Below, piece after piece: positions 15,112-16,010 of a DNA stretch of 16,010 nt (the first letter of the stretch is position 1; every line of letters starts with the position of its first letter). The stretch is from contig JASLKH010000021.1 of NCBI GenBank assembly GCA_030747675.1, forward strand, positions 1 to 16,010. The letters are read 5' to 3'. The notes below the pieces were generated by a model. It saw nothing but the letters and a program-made list of their open reading frames with translations, had not been told where the DNA came from and did not search any database. Both the position numbers and the translations under genes were made by a program. The DNA is from Candidatus Thalassarchaeaceae archaeon (GTDB lineage Archaea > Thermoplasmatota > Poseidoniia > Poseidoniales > Thalassarchaeaceae).

Positions 15112-16010
15112 ATGGCAACGTTCGGTGACCACCCTCCCCTCCCGTCTTCTCTCGAAACTCTCCTTGAAGATGAAACAGTTTCAACCCTATTTCTGAAAGC
15201 CGATTGCCCCCCTCGTGTGAAGGCAGGCCACATCACTGAATTGAGGTTGGAAAATTTAGAGTTAGATGTGTGGGATAAACCAACACTAGAAGCCTTAGCA
15301 AATGAATTAGTGGATGTCATCAATCAAAACACCCATCGATCTGATTGCTTTATTGAAATTGAACGTGAAGGTTGCCGTATCTTGCAGGCCGGTGATTTAC
15401 GCATCACCTGCGCTTGGCCCCCATTTTCAGATGCGTGGGAATTAACAGTTGTTCGCCCTGTGGCCCATTTATCATTGAGTGATTATGAATTGGACCCACG
15501 TCTGATTAAACGCCTTTCAAACCATCACAGGGGTGTATTTGTAGTAGGCAAGCCAGGTTCAGGAAAAACTACCTTTGCACAAGCGATAGCCGCTTATCTA
15601 GATGAAGAAGTAGGTGCTATGGTGAAAACCATGGAGGCCCCAAGAGATTTGCAAGTTCCACAACGCGTGACACAATATGCGCCCCTTGAAGGGGATTTGG
15701 AAAAAACAGCGGAAGTGATTTTCTTAGTGCGCCCCGACTTTGTAATATTCGATGAAGTTCGCCGCACTCGAGACTTTGAGATATTTGCAGACGTCCGCCT
15801 TGCTGGTGTTGGCCTACTAGGGGTAACTCACGCAAACAGTGCATTAGAAGCAGTCCAACGTTTGATAGGAAAAGTAGAACTTGGTATGATTAGCCAAGTT
15901 CTAGATACAGTTATCCACATTGAAAAAGGGTCGATTTCTCAAGTTCTTGAGCTGACAATGGTCGTGCGTGCACCCAGTGGAATGGAATCAGATTTATCTC
16001 GCCCAGTTAT
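15112..16010 (+). CDS. COG1855/PINA-type (PilT-like) ATPase, 3' end outside the window; apparently lacks the N-terminal PIN domain
   Basis: Manual translation from ATG 15112 is open to the window end: MATFGDHPPLPSSLETLLEDETVSTLFLKADCPPRVKAG...RITCAWPPFSDAWELTVVRP...GKPGSGKTTFAQA (Walker A, 15547-15570)...KTMEAPRDLQ...VRPDFVIFDEVR (Walker B)...GVTHA...RLIGKVELGMISQVLDTVI. It is not in the ORF track because no stop is present. Confidence 0.9.
   Translation, partial: MATFGDHPPLPSSLETLLEDETVSTLFLKADCPPRVKAGHITELRLENLELDVWDKPTLEALANELVDVINQNTHRSDCFIEIEREGCRILQAGDLRITCAWPPFSDAWELTVVRPVAHLSLSDYELDPRLIKRLSNHHRGVFVVGKPGSGKTTFAQAIAAYLDEEVGAMVKTMEAPRDLQVPQRVTQYAPLEGDLEKTAEVIFLVRPDFVIFDEVRRTRDFEIFADVRLAGVGLLGVTHANSALEAVQRLIGKVELGMISQVLDTVIHIEKGSISQVLELTMVVRAPSGMESDLSRPV

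Noticed and set aside
85-15844. Numerous short antisense or nested ORFs in the ORF track (e.g. 3997-4407, 5365-5712, 7034-7405, 9452-9970, 14275-14709)
   Set aside because: They overlap well-supported genes or the tRNA and show no recognisable motifs; most likely shadow ORFs.
1-16010. CRISPR arrays, IS elements, defence or toxin-antitoxin systems, rRNA, C/D-box sRNAs
   Set aside because: I saw no spaced repeats, transposase or integrase ORFs, terminal inverted repeats or box C/D pairs, and the spacers are too short. This was by-eye inspection only.

Overview
A gene-dense, apparently chromosomal window with archaeal signatures: GGGGTGA/GAGGTG-type ribosome-binding sites, a COG1855/PINA-type ATPase and an archaeal-type site-2 protease. 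The gene content fits marine Thermoplasmata (Marine Group II / Poseidoniales-like); this placement is an inference. Gene order: 3' part of uvrA (+), long purL with an N-terminal PurS-like extension and purQ (+), Zn-ribbon hypothetical (-), M50 site-2 protease (+), M28 lipoprotein peptidase and dimethylargininase-like amidinohydrolase (-), tRNA-Leu(GAG) (-), DegT-family aminotransferase (+), coupled GT4 glycosyltransferase-EamA-CYTH operon (-), Gfo/Idh/MocA dehydrogenase and a small membrane protein (+), and a PINA-type ATPase that is absent from the ORF track and runs off the right edge (+). I found no mobile element, CRISPR array or rRNA. Most genes are ordinary. The best leads are (1) a possible two-state RNA structure sequestering the purL ribosome-binding site, (2) a PINA-family ATPase that appears to lack its PIN domain, and (3) a secreted-peptidase plus methylarginine-hydrolase pair. 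All three are hypotheses, not established systems.
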